DNA from: Vitrella brassicaformis CCMP3155
Lineage: Eukaryota > Protista > Chromerida
NCBI GenBank assembly: GCA_001179505.1
Contig: CDMY01000795.1
Span: forward strand, 1 to 19,502
DNA length: 19,502 nt
Reading direction: 5' to 3'
Numbering within the stretch: position 1 is the stretch's first letter; each line of letters begins with the position of its first letter. Below, piece after piece: positions 1 through 10,031 of this stretch. The notes under the pieces were generated by a model. It ran no database searches. It was not told the origin of the DNA and saw nothing but the letters and a program-made list of their open reading frames with translations. The position numbers and the translations under genes are program-made.

Positions 1-273
1 TGAAGTGAGCATTGGGTAGGCTAAACCCTTGAACTACGAATACGTACCCCCATGAAAGAGTAGAGAAGCGATCGAAGGTAAGCCCAAAAGAGGAGAGAAT
101 GGAGAGAAGACCATCGCGGGACAAAGTGTGCAGAAAAAAAGCAAGGTAAATAAGTCTCGACCAATGCGCTCTTGCACGCTGACCTCCGTCCATCCGTGTA
201 AGGCCTCCTTTCCCTCACTCCCTCCATCGAACAGCACCTTCCATTATGGCTCACCCCACCATCCCACAGAAAA

Positions 274-2184
274 TCATAACTCCACCTTCTCGACGACGGA
301 TGCATCGTAGATGACAGGTGTACCCTCGTTCAGCAAAGCATTTGACGACAGGCCAGCATGGCTGAAGCGCTCTTGCAGATAAGGGATGTTCTGGCCCTGG
401 AATGAGGCTTTCATCGCATCGCTTCGACCTTGCGCGTCACCCTCCAACCCAATGTCAATCACGTAAGAGACCAGTGTGCCCCCTGTACCATTGGACTCCA
501 GGTTGATGCTACCACGATAGAACCGCAAGCCGAGTTGGTTCGAGTGCTCATAGACTAGACGCTTCTGGGAATGATCGAGGACACTCAGGCGCTCCTCCAG
601 CTCCAGACCATTGCGGAACTTGACGACGCGAAGGCGCTCATCGTTCTCGTCAAGCTCCGCAGATACAGCACCGAGCACCATCGTGACGTCGCTCCAATTC
701 CTCACAACCGACCAGATCGCGTCCACATCATTGTCAATCGTAAAGCGAAACGCTAGATGACGCAACTGTGGAGGATAGCTGGGCTGACACCACTCAGCCC
801 GACGCCACGGTCCAAACTCTATCATATCAGCAGCGAGGCCGTGGTAGTACTCCTGATTGAACAGGGGCTCCACCCGCTTAAGATGAGTCTGCAGAGCCTC
901 AAGTGACCTCCAATTCCTCACAACCGACCAGATCGCGTCCACATCATTGTCAATCGCGAAGCGAAACGCTAGATGACGCAACTGTGGAGGATAGCTGGGC
1001 TGACACCACTCAGCCCGACGCCACGGTCCAAACTCTACCATATCAGCAGCGAGGCCGTGGTAGTACTCTTGATTGAACAGGGGCTCCACCCGCTTAAGAT
1101 GAGTCTGCAGAGCCTCAAGTGACCAGTAGCGCTCAACCACAGCAAAGTCCCACTCATCTGACCCTCCTTTGCCACGCTCAACTTCGAACACCTCGTAGAT
1201 CTCATTGCCAGGCTCCGCCAACGTCGAGTGCGCCACTTCACGAAGGAAGTCGCCGAGTGCATTGCGCACATTAGGAGAGGCAGCCTTGAAGACTGTAAAG
1301 CCCGAGACCGACTGACTGCATTGCGAACTGGCCTGTGCGGCCACCGCTGGGCAACGGAAGAGAAGTGGAGGGCCGAAAATGACACTTGTCGACAGGACGA
1401 GAGAGAGAATGAAGATGAAGAAGGCCTCGAATACGTTCATATGGTGTTGTCGATATGGTGGCACGGGGGCCTCATCCCATCTTAGTGCGAACTCCGAGTA
1501 CAAGCCGAATGTGACAAGCGGCGAAAAGACAAGAAGCAGTAGCCACAGTGTCGTACCGGGCACTCCCAGACCTCCCAGAATAAGTGTGAATATCTGGCCA
1601 AAGTGAACGATAGATGCGACCAGACCCATCAAGAAGAGACGCCGAAGATAAACGTCACCTTCCTGAACCTCTGAGAGGCGTTTGAGCATAAGAAAGAAGA
1701 GCAAGAAGTCACACCAGAGGCCAAACGGCTGTTCGATAGCCACAGCTAGCTCCAAGGTTGGTGCCACCGCCACGATCGAAACGATCGTCCAGATCCATAG
1801 GACGGAGCCGTAGAAGGTGGGCGTGATAGCCGATGTCTCCAAGACAAGATGCCAAATGATGCCCCATTCACAGAGATTGTGCAATGCCGCGAGCACGAGC
1901 AGCAGCTTGCTGGATCCATAGAGTCCGAATACCAGTGCAAAAATGGGCGTCGCTACCGAGTAAGCCACAATGACGGACCGCAGGAACGAACGAGGAGCAG
2001 CACGCGCCCGAGCCGACAAGGTGGTCCGTATGGCCATCGTCAGCATGGCGCCAAAAGCGCAAAGGCCCACCATCTTGAGCACGTCCTGTTGAGGTACATT
2101 CTGGAATGCCAATATTCCCTCCAGCTGCAGAGGTGAGACAGGCTGAGGGGAGCGTGGCAGTCTGGAAGGCACACACCACTTCAT
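274..2184 (-). CDS. Multi-domain membrane protein: ~8-TM N-terminal domain + ABM-like (dimeric alpha-beta barrel) domain + SRPBCC/polyketide cyclase-like domain; the true 5' end is uncertain (probably a large terminal exon from 2124, or start at Met38, nt 2073)
   Basis: 636-codon stop-free ORF. About 8 hydrophobic segments lie at ~1370-2080. FLREVAHSTLAEPGNEIYEVF...FAVVERYWSLEALQTHL (~1040-1310) fits the ABM pattern. IDNDVDAIWSVVRNW...RVVKFRNGLELEERLSVLDHSQKRLVYE...YRGSINLESNGTGGTLVSY (~360-760) fits the Polyketide_cyc2/SRPBCC pattern. The first 20 codons overlap a pyrimidine tract ending CTGCAG, which suggests an intron end. Confidence 0.75.
   Translation of the reverse strand: MKWCVPSRLPRSPQPVSPLQLEGILAFQNVPQQDVLKMVGLCAFGAMLTMAIRTTLSARARAAPRSFLRSVIVAYSVATPIFALVFGLYGSSKLLLVLAALHNLCEWGIIWHLVLETSAITPTFYGSVLWIWTIVSIVAVAPTLELAVAIEQPFGLWCDFLLFFLMLKRLSEVQEGDVYLRRLFLMGLVASIVHFGQIFTLILGGLGVPGTTLWLLLLVFSPLVTFGLYSEFALRWDEAPVPPYRQHHMNVFEAFFIFILSLVLSTSVIFGPPLLFRCPAVAAQASSQCSQSVSGFTVFKAASPNVRNALGDFLREVAHSTLAEPGNEIYEVFEVERGKGGSDEWDFAVVERYWSLEALQTHLKRVEPLFNQEYYHGLAADMVEFGPWRRAEWCQPSYPPQLRHLAFRFAIDNDVDAIWSVVRNWRSLEALQTHLKRVEPLFNQEYYHGLAADMIEFGPWRRAEWCQPSYPPQLRHLAFRFTIDNDVDAIWSVVRNWSDVTMVLGAVSAELDENDERLRVVKFRNGLELEERLSVLDHSQKRLVYEHSNQLGLRFYRGSINLESNGTGGTLVSYVIDIGLEGDAQGRSDAMKASFQGQNIPYLQERFSHAGLSSNALLNEGTPVIYDASVVEKVEL
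692..1123. repeat. Head-to-tail tandem duplication, 2 x 216 bp (692-907, 908-1123), in frame within the CDS
   Basis: Direct comparison shows 4 substitutions in 216 bp: two synonymous and two replacements (A/T, V/I). The peptide SLEALQTHL...WSVVRNW occurs twice. Confidence 0.97.
2125..2160 (-). other. Probable 3' splice acceptor (pyrimidine tract + CAG)
   Basis: Minus strand reads CTGCCACGCTCCCCTCAGCCTGTCTCACCTCTGCAG|CTGGAG, phase 0 relative to the ORF (codon 21). Confidence 0.55.
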
Positions 2185-3181
2185 TCTCCTCGGCAGAATA
2201 ACGCAGCCCTCAATGAATCTTGACGTGACTTCTCGCGGCTCTTCCCCAGCGATTGGAAAACGGCCTCAAACTACGCTCTGAGGCACCCAAAAAAATAGAT
2301 ACCCCTGACCATTTGTCTTCGTGGGTCAGTGCTGTCTGGCTTTCTTGTTGTGCGATGCGATGCACACCAAAAATGAGATCGAATCGAGCGGACGTTCTCA
2401 CGAACAGACTTGGGCGTGAAGCGTATCGATACCTGGGCGACAAGATCACGGGAAGAGCCTCCAAACATGTGATGAATGCCAGTGGAGAAGCACTTACTTG
2501 GTCAGTTTCTCTTCCTTATCAGGATCAAGCGTTGTGCGGGTCGGATGATCAGCCTGTACACACTCCACACAGCCCAAACAGCATCGTTGTGTATCGTCTT
2601 GTACCCTCTTTCGTATGCATGTGCGTCTTCCACGCGGGTTCATCGAGCTTCTATCTCTTCTGTGTGTGAGTCATAGATCTAGCTTGTTCGTCATCATACC
2701 TGCTCGAAGGGAAGAATGTTTGGCGCCTGCGTTGTTCTTCGTCTGGTGGCTGGACCCCAAGTTTGCGGTTTTGCTCTTTGGTTGGTTGGTTATTGTGTTT
2801 AACGAGACTCGTGTCTGTAACCCCGAGGGGATCCTGTCATCACGCACTAAACTAGCAGCATGCGCATGCAGGAAGCATGCACATGGCCTGTCTACCCACC
2901 CATCCCCATGGCCCACCACCAAAGAGGGCACACGCACCAGCCGACACGCAGATGGCGACAGAGAGCAATGACTGTCTGGCGACATACACAAGAGCGGGCG
3001 ATATCGCCCGAGAGCAAGCCGCCCTGGCAAGTGTATAGTAGCCAAACGGAGGAAGTGAAAAATGAGTGCCCTCTGAGCCCTCAAAGCAACAAGCAACCAT
3101 ACACATGATGACACCACCATACACACACGGGCCACCCTATGACGGTCAGAAAAATCACACACACCGGACAGTCAGATAATG

Positions 3182-3931
3182 CTACTCAGAGAGCTCAATG
3201 TCGAGCGCCCATTGATCGAGGACACACTGTTCATATAGCAGTTCATCTTCGGCCGGTGCCTGGCTGTCTGGTAAGAAGGGATTTAGAGCGAGCCACTCAG
3301 TGCGTGCTGCCTGTGCTGAAAGAAGAAAGTCTGCCGCTGCAGAGAGCACCGGCAGTTTGTCCGATTGAAGCACACAATAGGTGAAAACGATGGGATGCGA
3401 CCTGCGCCACCGACGATAGCTACAGGCATCAGGGGCAGTCACGCCATGCTGGCCGATGATTCTGTGTAGTGTCTCACGAAAGGAACGATACAGTGGACAG
3501 CATGCAAACACATGAGACTCATCCTCAATGGGCGGGCGGGTGATAGATTGCCCTGTGAGGCTCACGGCAGAGACGAGCAAGTCAGTCCGATGCGAACAAA
3601 ACGGGCAGACACTGCCCTCTCTCGGCCGGCCGAGGATGCGTCCATCCATGATGGCAGAAGGATAGCAGCCCTTACGAAAAAGAAACAGGACGCGACGCTG
3701 ACGAAATGGCAGCGATAGATAAGAAGGAAAGCAGGGCAATGGTTGAATAAGGCGATGCAGCCAATCTTGCCCCTGTTGGAGCACATGCATGTATGCAGCA
3801 GGAGGGACATAGGGCGCCATACACACAATCGAATCCATGTCACACAGGCAGTCACGTGAGGGAGATGGAAAGGAACGATGCAGACGAGGAAATGCTATAG
3901 GAAAGGAATGATTGAACAGAGAGGACGGCAC
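3182..3931 (-). pseudogene. LINE ORF2 C-terminal region with CCHC zinc-finger-like motif
   Basis: PSYLSLPFRQRRVLFLFRKG...DGR...PREGSVCPFC...EDESHVFACCPLYRSFR; stop TAG at 3184-3182. Confidence 0.85.
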
Positions 3932-6372
3932 AACAGCTCCTTGCGTGCCTGAAATAAAGCCCTACGAGACACAGCTGTCTGACGACACGCATGTGTGCGC
4001 CAAGGCAGTAAGGATGGCGCCTCGGCGGAGAGAGAGAGGGGCGGAGGACGGGAGGGAGTGTTACATATATCAGGCAAGCGAGCACGATTCCATCGCTCAG
4101 TCAAAATACGAGTAAACTCTGCCTTTGTGTGCGCAGTGATCATGTGTTTGATGTCGACATCATTCAGCGGGCCGATCTGACTGATACGAACACGCTGGTT
4201 CATGAAATCGAATGTGCGTGCAAACAGAGTGAATGTGTTGTGCTTCTGTGAATAGAAGGAAGCGTCGTTGCCCTGCATGCGCCGGAATGACGGAGCAGAC
4301 CGATACGCATGCTGTGCAACAGCAAAAGCCTTCTCTGCAAGAACGCCGGCCCGGCGATTGCGCAGGCGGACATAGAAGGACAGCTGGCGACAACGTGCCT
4401 CGAAGAGCACGGAAAAACGACCAAGCTCACACAGCAAGGCCTCGGTAGAGACACGACGAGTGACACGCATACACGACAGTAAGAAGTGCCGATGGAGACG
4501 CTCCATGGCATCACAGTTAGTGCCCGCCCACAGCTCGCTACCATACAGATATACAGAAGCTACTGTGGCATCATACAAGTGAAAGCGGGTGGGCAGGTCA
4601 AGCGCAGGAAGCTGCCTTAGGCGACGCCGATACACCGCCAATGCAGCCACCCCTTTTTTGACCATCATGTCTATGTTATGCTTCCACCCTCCCCCTTCAT
4701 GAAACCATACACCCAGATAGCGAACCAACGGCACCCGTTCTAGCGGCCTATCTGGTGCCCCAAAGTAAAACTGTCTGCCTGCCTCGCTCGATGGCACCCC
4801 ATCAGGATGAAACACAACAATTTTGGTCTTGTCTAGGTGCACATCCAAGTGATTGAGGCGACACCACTGAAACAAACGATCCAGGCTGAGTTGAAGCCCA
4901 GCAGCAGCAGTATCCATAATGGCGAGGTCGTCAGCATACAGCAGGCAGAAGACGAGCACATCGAGCAAGCGGAGAATGTCAGGTGGAGATGCATGCCCAT
5001 CGCGAATGAAGCCAGGCAAATCATTAACAAAGAGGGAAAACAGCAATGGGCCCAGCACGTCGCCTTGCTTGACACCATGCATCTCATTGAAGACGGCAGA
5101 GAAACCCTCATACCCGCCATCCACACAAGCCTCCACGTCAGCATACAGAGCCTCGAGAGCTCGAACGAGGTGCTCGCTGATGCCACTGGCGCGCAACTTA
5201 CACCACAGCAGTCTACGGTTGATCGCGTCAAAGGCCTTGCGGAAATCGACAAAACAGACATACAAAGGGGAGCCAGCTCGCCTGGCTCGCACAATGAGGG
5301 ATGCCAGGACAAAACACTGACCAATCGTGGAGTGATTCGTGCGAAAGCCCGCCTGCTCGGGACACACTGCTGACTGACGCAGTAGTTCTGACTGAAGCAA
5401 GTGGCCAAACAGTTTGCAAAACACCGGCAGCAAGTGAATTCCTCTATAATTGCCAGGGTCATCCAAGGGGCCTTTCTTGTGGATGGGATGAATGAGAATG
5501 CGGTCAAATGAATACCCCCAGTGAGACGCCCGAAAAAAGGTAGAGAATACAGCAGCGAGATCATGCAGCAAGGGGTCACCCACACGACGGACAACAGAGT
5601 AGGTAATACCATCCATGCCTGGTGCACTCGTGTTAGAGCAGCGACTAAGGGCACCATGCAGATGGGTCAGAGAGAAGGGTTGATGTGCGTGCCAGTTGAC
5701 TATCAAAGGCGGACCGCGCACCGCCTCATTCAGCAGCTCAGCCAGTGCGGGAGACATGGCATTAAAGTATGGTACATTGAGGCCTTGAAAAAGCGCGGCA
5801 AACGCACCAGCAAACACATCAGCTGAGGGGCAGTCAACAGGCAACTGACATGATGTGCCAGGGGGAGAGAGCAAGCGCCAGAAATCACGAGGGCAGTGGC
5901 GACGCGAAAAGGCCACTTCTCGCAACAACGCACTGGCACGAGCTGACTTGTGGCTACGACAGACACGATCACGATAGCGGCGGGCACGTAAGGACTCATC
6001 GAGTGTGCGAGCGACATCATGTACTGACCCATATCGCAGCGCACAGATATAAGCACGATATGCATGAGATGCGCGCGAGATTGCACGATTGACCTCAGGG
6101 CTGCGAGGACATTTAGACACCCCAAAATGGCGGCCCTTGCCTTCTAGCTGGCTGAGCAGGGTGCGTGCAGCCCTTGCCTTGCAGTCTATAAGACGACCGT
6201 GCCGATGCAAGAGACGAGTCAGTGAGTCAACGCAGTGCTTGCGCGCAGGCTGCCGCCCGAGTAGCATCACCTCGCTGGCATGCATCAAAATGCGCAGAGC
6301 GAAGACGAAGGTGAGCAGGGTCAGCTGCCAATGATGCACGAATAGCGCCGACAGCCTGCGCACTCCACACAT
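3895..6372 (-). pseudogene. LINE ORF2 reverse transcriptase domain and thumb
   Basis: Non-LTR RT motifs in order: SAPGMDGI, PIHKKG, NYRGIHLL, QAGFR, FVDFRKAFDAI, GVKQG, YADD, KTKIVVF, YLGVWF. Confidence 0.95.
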
Positions 6373-7350
6373 ACCTCACCCTGCCCTGCATCGACGAGGC
6401 TGCCTGTACACGGCTACGAAGGCTAGTCAAAGAGGGAGGCGTCACAACAGGCATGATAGCCCATGAGAGGCATCGGTGCGGTGTACGGAATGCATGATCG
6501 TCTACCGAAAAATGACTGGTACGAAGGAAAATTTGTGGCGAGGCAGCCACATAGTCAATGACGCTATGCTTCCTCCCTTGAGTACACGTAGGCTGAGCCG
6601 TCCTCACAGCAGGACAGGAGCCTATCTGACGACCATTAAAAAGCAGGAGGCATGATGCCTTGCACAGAGCAAGCAGCCAGGCGCCAATCGAGTTGCGTGG
6701 ATGAGAGCAATCACTAACACGCGGCGGTGGAGTGAGGAGAAGAGGATGCAGTGCCTGGAGTCAATGCCAATATCTGCATAATCCGACGGCGGCAAAGTGT
6801 CAGGATCAGTCGCCGTCTTGGCGTTAAAGTCACCACACAAAAGCACATAGCCCTCCTCAGCCAATTGCTCACACAACAGAGTAAAGGCGCTCCACCACTC
6901 ACCGCCCTGGCCGTCGTCATCAGGGCGCATGAAAGGAGGCACGTAGCAGGCAAGCAGAAACACAGGGCGGTCCAGACCGAACAATTGCTGGTCTGCCTTT
7001 AGTATGACGACATTAGAAAGTGGCGCATCTCTACGTGTGAGCAGGTGAGAGACACGCATACTCGTGTACCAAGCGATCCCCCCCGACTTCACTTGCTTGT
7101 TTTTCGATCTGTCGTGTAAGAGGGCAAGCGGCGAAGACCAGCAAGTATAGCCAGTGAGAGCTACAGGCGGGTCGGCCTCGGCTTGCTTCGTCTCAATAAA
7201 GGCGAGAGAGTCATACCGGATGCGTTTGCAACCATCCCACATACACAAGTCATCTAACAAATCACCATACGCACGGAACTTCGCAGCCAGATCCTGAATA
7301 TTCAAACACAGAAACGTGAAGGCCGGCGGTGAAGTGCCGGCCGGCGTCAT
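6240..7350 (-). pseudogene. LINE ORF2 apurinic-endonuclease-like domain (frameshift near 6720)
   Basis: MTPAGTSPPAFTFLCLNIQ begins at ATG 7350. GDFN lies in ORF 6622-7641. RNSIGAWLLALCKASCLLLFNGR and SVIDYVAAS are in a second frame (ORF 6227-6607). Confidence 0.88.
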
Positions 7351-7951
7351 GGCGATCGACGCAACGCATCCATGCATGGATGGGTGGGGCCGGCGGCTGG
7401 AGCGGCCGCGTCCCGTGCCAGATGAGCGCGGTGCGCCTGCTGGCCCGCCCCTAGTGGGCACCGCCTGTCTACGAGTGGGTCTGCCTGTCGTCCGCCCCCT
7501 GCCCCTGCCTTTTCCCCTCCCCCCGCGTGCTGCTAGCCAAGCGCCTACATACAAAAATAGACGGGCACACCACTTGCCCACCCCCCCGCCCGCAACACAA
7601 CACCGCATGCAACACAGATTGATCATGCACCCCGCCCACATGCAATGAACTTTGGGAGGGTTTCACGCCATCGTAGCTGGCCACTGGCCGAGTCTTATGT
7701 CCAGGCACGCAAACCGAACACACACGTTTGAGTCTTTTGGTGGTCAAGGTGCGAGAGTGTCCGTTTCTCCATACGCTGGGACCCTTTCGTCCACACACGA
7801 GCGATCGCGACACAGTCACAGCATCGTGTAGATCAGGCTCTGACTGGGCCAAGAGAAATGAGTATGAAGAATAGCTGACCTTCATTGCTTGCTCACCACG
7901 CCTGTCTCCTCAAGGATCGGGTGGCCGCTCCAGTCCGCCTGAGGGAGACAG

Positions 7952-9529
7952 ACTCGTCTCTCCTGGCGGCCGCCCGTGCGCATGATGCAGCCAAGCTTGC
8001 GGCCTTCACGCGCATTCAGCGCACGGGCGCCCTCTCTACGTCGGCAAGCCGGCAAGTGCAGCTACCTGTCCGATTGGGCGGCCTTGGACTGGTGTCGTCT
8101 GCGCGTGTGGCACCGGCTGCTTATCTTGGGTCCGTGGCCGTCACTGTGGGGGATGTGTGGGATCGATTCCGTGGGCACCCCTGGATGCCCGAGTCAGAAG
8201 CCTCTCTTTTCCAGCTGGAATGGCTCGTCTCGGCAGCATCCGCCCGCATCGGTTTCTCCGCATCCCTCCCCTCTGTCGCCATCCCCCCTCTCGAGCAGCT
8301 CGTCGCACGCCCGCAGGCTCGGCTGCAGCAGAAGATTTCCGAGGCCCTCGCGAAGAAGGATTTTGACACCCTGTTCGAGGGCTTCCCCGTCGGCAGCCGC
8401 GATCGATGCCGCCTTCTTTCCTGCTTGGGGCCTCTGTCGTCCGGCTGGCTATCGGCTATCCCCGGATATACTCGAGGTGACAAGCGCAAGTGCCTGAACA
8501 ACTTCCACTACCGCATGGCCACTGCCCTCACCCTCGGCCTCCCCTTCCCCCTCGCCAACCTGTCGTCCCTATGCACGTGCAGGGCGGCTGTCGACGCACT
8601 GGGTGACCACTTTTTCCTCTGCCACCAGACGACGGCCGAGCGGCTTTTCAAGCACAACACTCTGCTGGACGTCTTCAAGTCCATCCTGGCGGAAGTCGGC
8701 ATTCCGGCCGTCACAGAGGTGACCCTTCGCTCCCTCGGCATCACCCCACCCGACTCCGACCCCAACAGCCAGCGCATGGACCTCTTCTTGACAGTGGACG
8801 GGGAGGACATCCTCGCCGACGTCACCGTGCGCCATCCATGCCGGCCCGACAACTCCATCGCCCACCACCGCTCCGTCAACCGCACCAACAGCCGTCGGCC
8901 AGGAGGTGCCGCGGCGGCCTCGGGGGAGAGGGAGAAGGACCGTAAGTATGGGGCCAATTGTCGGCGGCAGGGCTACACGTTCATCCCCCTCGCGGCGGAG
9001 ACGTTCGGCCGTTGGGGCGAGGGGACTCTCACCCTGCTTCGCCGCCTGGCGCGACGCCGCGTCGCACCGCCCGCCAGCTCTGCAGAAGATCGCGCGTTTC
9101 TCCATGAGGGCGTCATGAATCATTGGGGGCAGTGTTTGTCGGTGGCGCTGATGAGGTGGAATGCTTTTCAAGTGTCCTGTCGTGCGCATCGTGTGGCAGA
9201 TGCTCGAGCACAGCAACGGGCGGGCCTGTTTCCTGAGGACCTCATTTGTCGAGGGCCCTACAGGGCACAAACCCGCACTTTTGTCTGCCAGGACCGGCCG
9301 TGAGGGGCATGTTTGGGTGTGTGGATGTGATGTGGGTGATCGATGGTGTGGTGTGGGTTTGGCTGTCGTGTGTTTGAGGGTGTTTGAAGCCGCTGGTGCC
9401 TGATGTGTATGGAGTGATCTCGTGTGGTTTGCTTGTCTTGCCGTCGTCTTGCCGTGTGTGCATCTACATCGCTGACTCTGATCAGATGTTCTGGTCGCCC
9501 ATGCTTCCGTGAAAGCAATACAAAAACAA
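7952..9529 (+). mobile_element. 5'-truncated RLE-type (CRE-like) non-LTR retrotransposon, family 1, with an uninterrupted remaining ORF (to TGA 9303) and a 10-bp TSD
   Basis: Thumb-region QLPVRLGGLGL; zinc knuckle CTC-x9-H-x3-C; HN; RMDL...ADVT...EKDRKY...PLAAETFGRWG (PD-(D/E)xK-type RLE). GT-rich 3' UTR and A-rich tail AATACAAAAACAAA (9517-9530). TSD AGGGAGACAG at 7942-7951 and 9530-9539. The first ~22 codons of the tracked ORF (7885) are flank, not element. Confidence 0.92.
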
Positions 9530-9619
9530 AGGGAGACAGTCGGCCTTAGGTGCGAGTGGCGTGCTTGCTGGATTGTGTCTGTCGTGTCGAAGGAAGGCAT
9601 CAAGCCCGCAGAGAGAGTT

Positions 9620-10030
9620 AGACCTGCGGAGGCATTCGGGAGATGAGGGGAGAAGACGATGGATTTTCTCGAGATGCTCGCCAAGCGGAAGCGGCGGCGG
9701 TTTGATGTGAACAAGCCAAGCGGAATCTGTACTCGCTTACTGTGTACACGCATGAATGCAACAGGGCCTGACGTTTTTGCTGTACCTCGCCCGGGAAGAG
9801 CTACCTTCGATGAGGCTTCTCTGGGGTCTCATTGATGAGGAGATCTGCTGACGACAACGTCTTGGCTTGTCCAAGCGGAACCGCAAGAAGAACAGCATCG
9901 GAGAGCCCCGCCCGGTCGCGATCCCCGCCGCTGAGGACGGAGTTTTTCGTGAGAGTGTCATCAACCATTGGAGCCAGCTCCTGTCTGTCGAGCTGATGAA
10001 GCACAACGTGTTCCAGTGGCTAGCCATGCG
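9620..10030 (+). mobile_element. Decayed C-terminal fragment of a family-1 RLE element, interrupted by ~180-200 bp
   Basis: AEAFG(fs)R*GEKTMDFLEMLAKR at ~9625-9690 aligns with AETFGRWGEGTLTLLRRLARR. PRPVAIPAAEDGVFRESVINHWSQLLSVELMKHN at ~9905-10010 aligns with the copies at 9070-9170 and 12225-12315. Confidence 0.75.
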
Positions 10031-10031
10031 C

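Larger units (their letters stand above)
2778..7641 (-). mobile_element. APE-type non-LTR retrotransposon (LINE; RTE-X-like is a tentative clade call), ORF2 broken by at least 3 frameshifts; 5' end not defined
   Basis: APE motifs: CLNIQ, FIETK, SGGIAWY, ACYVPP, LCGDFNAKT, LLFNGR, SVIDY. RT motifs: NYRGI, EQAGFR, FVDFRKAFD, GVKQGDVLGPLLF, LLYADD, YLG. C-terminal CPFC...EDESH...C. 3' tail AATAA(CCAA)3 at 2778-2794. Confidence 0.93.

Noticed and set aside
21-31. Telo-box or telomeric seed (CTAAACCCTT)
   Set aside because: It is a single imperfect unit with no supporting context.
274-276. Genome-wide reassignment of TGA to an amino acid
   Set aside because: TGA terminates the host ORF here and both family-1 RLE ORFs at near-homologous positions (9301-9303, 12443-12445), so it behaves as a stop.
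2491-2643. GTAAGTG donor at 2497 (minus) as the end of an upstream coding exon spliced to 2124
   Set aside because: The open frame from ATG 2643 ends in phase 2, and the phase-0 frame has TAA six codons upstream. It could only be a non-coding exon, which I cannot support.
2755-2777. TSD for the APE LINE
   Set aside because: No convincing second copy of the 3' flank (…GCGGTTTTGCTCT) was found at 7600-7950 or 9540-9900; only 7-bp chance-level matches.
2800-2850. Hammerhead ribozyme in the LINE 3' UTR (also checked 9470-9515)
   Set aside because: The cores read GTGATGA and CTGATCA rather than CUGANGA, and I could not build the three stems around a GAAA.
3182-9303. A Dualen/RandI-type element carrying both APE and RLE endonucleases
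   Set aside because: The APE-RT and RLE regions are on opposite strands, and the RLE copy has its own TSD and tail, so they are independent insertions.
8569-9753. 394-aa antisense ORF (similarly 4833-5657, 4837-5373 and other overlapping ORFs)
   Set aside because: These are shadow frames of GC-rich retroelement coding sequence with low-complexity translations and no recognisable motifs.
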